DNA from: Podarcis gaigeae
Lineage: Eukaryota
Reading direction: 5' to 3' (one strand)
DNA length: 64,000 bases
NCBI GenBank assembly: GCA_964106915.2
Contig: OZ066920.1
Shown here: piece after piece, positions 25,623 to 64,000 of the stretch
How the letters are laid out: each line of letters opens with the position of its first letter
Position numbering within the stretch: position 1 is the first letter of the stretch
Notes under the pieces: generated by a model
Told to the model about the DNA's origin: nothing
Seen by the model: the letters and a program-made list of their open reading frames with translations, nothing else
Database searches by the model: none
Made by a program: the position numbers and the translations under genes

Positions 25623-27148
25623 ATTCCCAGTCCTGGTTTGCAGAGAAAGTGCAAACCACAGTGTACCAGTTCATACATCCCTCTCTCAAGCAAACTGTGG
25701 TTTGCTGCAAACCAGGGGAGAAGGGGATCATGGTACAAAAAGAGTGAATCCAAGAGTCACTAAAAACTTGCTCACATACCACAAAATCATAGTATGACAT
25801 GTTTAAACTGGCCTACAGTGTTATCCCTCTCTAAAATGAGGGAGCACAAAAGGTATAAATTATTGGCTTACTAACATGCTATATTTCTTGAGGATTTCAG
25901 GCTATGAAACAAAACTGCAAGCTTCCCTTGGTTATATGCACATCATTTTAGTCCCTCGCCCAATTAAATCAAATTCATTTAAGTATGCAATAGTCATTTG
26001 TTGAGCATCTCCCACCTCCCTGTCTCCGAGGGGCAAATTACCCCCTTGCTCATAGAAGTGAAAACATTATGTGCATTTCTGCTCCTCTATACCACAGTTC
26101 CAATGAAAACAACAAGCTGCACCCTCCTGCTGGCAGAAGCTTTGCACCTTGTACACAAAGGTTGTGTTCATAGTAAATTCCAACAGTTTGCTTTAGTGCT
26201 GTATTTAGACCTGGAAATGTTCCTGGTCCAGGAGGAGTTGCATGTATCCTGCTTTAAACAAACACCTAGAAATGGAAGATAAAGCATTACTTTTTCTCCC
26301 CAAAGTGCCGCTCCCCCCCCCCCCAAGCTACGAACAGGATCAATAACTAGTATTCCATTTACTGCAGATATCCACATGCAGGCCTGAGAACTGAAGCAAA
26401 AATATTGTCTTTTGACTCTACAGAAACCTGTTTTTCTACACAGCCTTTGATACACCTTTCACTCGAAAGAAATGAATAGAAACTGAGACAAACAGAACAG
26501 AGCAAAACTGGGTTTTTTATACAGACTGGCAAATGAAGTAGATTCAGATTCAACCTACTTAAAGAAACCAATGTTAAAATATATGCTCTGGTGGGGTTTC
26601 TTTAACCACACTTGTGTATATCTACCCATCTGATCCCACTTCTAAAAACACTGTAGTGTGGGAATCAGTGACTAAGAAGATCCTAAGCCTAAAAAGTTTC
26701 TCGGCCTGTGTGGTGACCTTTGTAGCAGCGTGGAGACAGGGCAGCCTTGAAATCATTTAGCTATGAAGATATTTGATGGTTTCAATTGTTTAAAAATCTT
26801 TGTTTTGTCTTTATGGTTTTGGACACAATTATTATTGTTGTTATCAATATTGATTCCCATAAGATCTAATGAACAGACACACTTATTTTTAACTACTATC
26901 TTAGAACAGAAAGACATAGCAATAACATTGATATTAATATTATTCTGCAAATAAAAAGTGTTCAGGGGAAAATATAAGGTCAGCCCTTGTTCGGCAAAGA
27001 ACTGCTTAGTGCATGTATAACTTTACCGCAGCTTCATCAACTGTTCTGTTAGAACACTTTATGCCCCATATGGTATTCATTTTTAAGCACAGGTCTCCAG
27101 CACTCCTACATATGTTCAATAAATAATTCTGCTTTATCATCACTTAAG

Positions 27149-27237
27149 TTTATTTCTACATCATGTTATGGCTTAAGCATTTACTGTACATACAAGATCT
27201 GAAGAGACTGACGTTCAATAAATTTATTCTTTTTATT
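27149..27237 (-). terminator. Candidate EMC2 polyadenylation signals
   Basis: Minus-strand AATAAA at 27232-27237, 27223-27228 and 27149-27154, about 200-300 nt after the stop codon. The distal one has a tandem UGUA (TGTATGTA, 27187-27194) upstream. Confidence 0.6.
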
Positions 27238-27442
27238 CATTTCAGTGGCTTTTCATCATAGCAGCAATAAATAGGAATTTTATATCTTTTATAAAACACA
27301 TTATTTAAGAGAGTCACTTTCACTAACATGAAACCATTGTTAACACAACTGGGAATTTAAAATTAGCATAACTCTTAGATAATTTGAGTTTGGACATGGA
27401 GCTGAGGAAAGAAAATCTATCACTGGGTAGCTTCGCTATTAT

Positions 27443-60527
<33,085 letters not shown>

Positions 60528-61159
60528 CTGAAAAACAAAAACGAAACAGTGGAATGACAATTCCTAATCAACATTTCTGAAAAGAATTGGTATATACATT
60601 TTCTGTTTGATAATAATTGTTTTAGTAACTTAAAGTTTCTAGCTTTGAAATTATGTTTGTGGAAAATGAAATAAATATTGAGACTTTTAGGTCTTAGCTA
60701 ACGAGTCTTATCCCTTATACAGTGAAAAACCAGCACAACATGAACTCCCAAGCACATCTTCCATTACCTTTTAATACTGATCAGTAGCATTCAAAAGTGC
60801 AAAATGTGAGAGGCAATACACAGCACATTTAGAGGCTGAGAATCTTATCTCTATGCAGAGACAAAACACTGTCTGCCTGCAAGTGGTCATCATATTAGGC
60901 ACCTGGCCAGAAAGAGTAGCATGGAAACAAAAACATGCCTGGACCAAGTCTGGTACCTGCTTCCTTTCCAATCATTCAAGGCAATTGATGTAATTATAAT
61001 TCTAGGGAGATCATGAAGGTTATTTAATGAGAAATTGTTCTTACTAAAGCTGAAAGTGTGGTTCTCAATGAACTGATGTGCACCTGCCTACAGCCAGGTA
61101 ATGGCCTCCGCCCCCCAGTAATTTTGAGCTGGTTGTACAGAAAATCTCAGTTTGCAAGC

Positions 61160-61368
61160 CATTTATTTATTTCAGTTATTTGTTCAATTTATATACTGCA
61201 CTTTATCCAAGAACATAATTTACGCAGCTTAATATTAAAAACATAATACTCAGCGTAATAATAAAATTATCACAATACAGCCCCTCCACACATTTAACAG
61301 GCCATAGTGGCCGAAGGCCTGGGTAATGAGAAATGTTTTTGCCTGGCAGCTAAAGACGTGTAAAGATG
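61160..61368 (-). mobile_element. Old L2 3' fragment
   Basis: aggcctgggtaatgagaaatgtttttgcctggcagctaaag is similar to 9158-9200. Confidence 0.55.
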
Positions 61369-64000
61369 GCCCATTCTTGTGTTGTAAGCCAAGCTGTGTC
61401 TTGTGTTGTAAGCCAAGGTGTGTCTATGAATAAGTGTACTAGCGCAGGTTGCTCAAATCACACAAGCCACACTCTTCCCTTTCTGAAGCCAGGAGAAAAC
61501 AAACCCAAACAAAAAGAAATGTTGGATTCCTCTCATGGTTTATTTGGAGACAAACAAACCACAAGTGGTGGTTCACATGTAGCACTAAGCCAACACTAAT
61601 TTGTTTCTTCCTGACTTGGGATAGGGAGAAATGGGGCAGGCGAGATCTGAGCAGTGTTCACCAACCATGCCTGCTTGTTCATGTTAAACCATAGTTTGGA
61701 GTACCATGATGGATGAAACGGGCCAATGTCTAAAGTCAAAATTTTCTCTTCTTGCTATTCAATATCTTTCAGCACTGGGGTAACTGATCATATTCACAGC
61801 ATGTGGATGCTCAGTGATTATTGTGTTGCTGCCTTTATGGATACCAGAAACATAATGCAGTACAAAATGCTGAATTTCAGGCTTAATGCATAATGGAGTT
61901 GAACCTGTCAAGTTCTGTTTCATTTTATTATTTTTGTCATAATGCACTTTTATGATTATTACTCCTTCAACTTGCCTGCTGCCTCTATGAAAGATTTGTA
62001 ATTGCTTTGGGTAATATTTCCCAATGCAAACATATAACTGAACATGCTTTGAGTCTTGAAGAGAAGTAGGAATAAGTTTCATCTCAAAATGAGTATATAC
62101 TATTATTGCTTCATTGTGTTAGCTACGAAGCAGATCGTTTTCTTCTATTGCCTCATCTGGGAACTCTTGGATTGTTTTCATTATTCCTATAAACTACAGA
62201 TTATTCCAAGGCCATTGGTTTCTTTCTATTTCAGTAAGAATTATAAAATTGGAATAGCAATGTACATAGATATTTTCACTACTATTCCCTAAACTAATAT
62301 AAAAGCATGGTCTGAGGGAGTATGCGAAAAATTAAAATTATATCTAAAATTAATATGGCAACATTTATGTACACTTTTAACTATTTCTTTAAATAGGGTA
62401 GTCATTACACTTCATGAACATTACATCATCTTCTATTATGAGGAAGACCAATGGGGAAGTTTTAAATCCTTATTAATCACACTTTCAAAGCATCCAAAAT
62501 CACACAGAAAAAAGCAGTTTCTGAATAAATAATTGTCGAGAACACAGAAAGCTAGACTGCAAAAAAGCACTGGCAGCAGACATAAAAATCCACCTCAAAC
62601 TCAAGTGATATAATCAATCAGTCAAGGTGGACCTGAAAGTCATCATGAATTCAAGCTGTTATATCCTGCCCAATGATGCCTTTTTTCACCCTTTATAAAT
62701 TGTCTGCATAATTTGCTTGAGCAGAGAGAGGTGGTGCTATGAACTACAGAGTGACAATAGCTCACCAGCCGACCTCCCTTAGTGGCAAGGACAAGTGAAG
62801 AGAGACATAATAGTCCAACAAACCATGGAGGAACAGATAGACTAGGGCAGCTTCCCAGGAACTGCTTCCCAGTCTTGCTCTGATGCCACCCGCCACTTCC
62901 TTCCTAACCCTCCATTTTCAGATTTCAGATTAAAACTGCAGAGTGGCAGTAAATGAGGACCTTTTTCTGCCTCCCCACTTCCAGCTACTCTCTGAAGACC
63001 GGAGAACAGATGTTCTTACAAATATTGGGGGGCGGGCAGGGGGAAGACTATACCATGTGAAAAATTAACATAATATTTTAGCTGCAGTTCATTCATTTTC
63101 AGCTTTGTATTCTTGTTATAAAAAAGCTTGCCTAGATATTCCATTGTTGCGCCCATAACCTAGGTTTAAGGTGCCATTCAGCTCCTGGTTTTCATATCTC
63201 AGTTTCTAACACTTGCGGGGGGGGGGGGCAGAAGTAGTGCTTGGCAAGGTAGACGGGGTCAGCAACACAAGCACAGACACAGCCCTTTATCTTAAATAGA
63301 CAGAGGGAGGGAGCGAGGGAAAGATGATCAATTTTTCATGATGAAGAAAGCCATAGGTGACAACAGAAGGCATTGTGTGAGTAGGGACTCCTTTGGTTTG
63401 TTTTGGTGTACAGTATTTTTATTCTGCCTATTATAGACATCTTAAATGCATAACAACTTATATTTTTAATTACATTTTAATAGAAAAAGACAAGACTGAA
63501 GTTGTTGGTCTTCCTGTCACTTCAAAATTTACAAGTTAAGCTGTAAGTTTTAGATCAAACAGATTTCTTTCTATAGTCCACCCCATTCCCACCCCACATA
63601 TGATTCCTTCCACAAATAGGAGGGGTGAAATAGGACTGTGCAAAATTTTATTTTAAAAGACAACCAAAACCACCACAGAGTTACATTTCATGTGCCTGAG
63701 TAAAAACTAAATGGTTCCTGACTCAAGACAACCTCTGGAAATTAAAAGATTGGACAGAAAGAATGCGATTGAATCTCAAATGTAGTGCAAGGAGTGACAG
63801 TCCAAACATACACAAAATAATGGAAGTTTCCTCCATGAATTTACTCAGCCACTACTAAAGCCTCCATGCCATTATATCTCTCAAATGTAATAATGACTGA
63901 ATATTAAAGTATAGGGTATCTAGTGATGGAAAAATATGAGACAGGCCATGTTTTGTCATTTGATCACTTAATATAAGAAAACAAGCACATTAAATGTCCG

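Noticed and set aside
61376-61425. 24-bp tandem duplication (tcttgtgttgtaagccaag[c/g]tgtg)x2, and a similar short repeat at 2368-2401
   Set aside because: Ordinary slippage duplications with two copies only; no repeat-spacer array.
60528-64000. EMC2 exon 1 and promoter
   Set aside because: I found no MAKV...VTWE-like exon and no CpG island; they must lie beyond the window.

Overview
Eukaryotic DNA from a squamate reptile, probably a lacertid lizard judging by the Sauria/Squam1-type SINEs, BovB, L2, L1, CR1 and MITE families. The only protein-coding gene I can support is EMC2 (TTC35, ER membrane protein complex subunit 2) on the minus strand. Coding exons 2-11 (854 nt, all GT-AG, in frame, stop at 27443) span 27443-60527; exon 1 and the promoter lie beyond the right edge. 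Positions 1-27 kb are TE-rich intergenic DNA downstream of EMC2. A 200-N gap (31728-31927) is flanked by a 1337-bp near-identical direct duplication that is almost certainly an assembly overlap. I found no evidence of a new multi-gene system; nearly all short ORFs in the track are TE- or microsatellite-derived. The most interesting signals are: (i) a probable ~2-kb micro-inversion reconstructed from a split MITE, a chimeric SINE and an 88-bp inverted duplication (16.2-19.0 kb); (ii) a TSD-flanked insertion of only the start of an L1-like ORF1 (41.6-41.9 kb); (iii) a twin-primed L1 insertion (1.77-2.2 kb); (iv) a perfect AGGTCATGACCT nuclear-receptor palindrome in a repeat-free block (~12 kb); and (v) a Pbx-Hox/Meis motif cluster in EMC2 intron 10.
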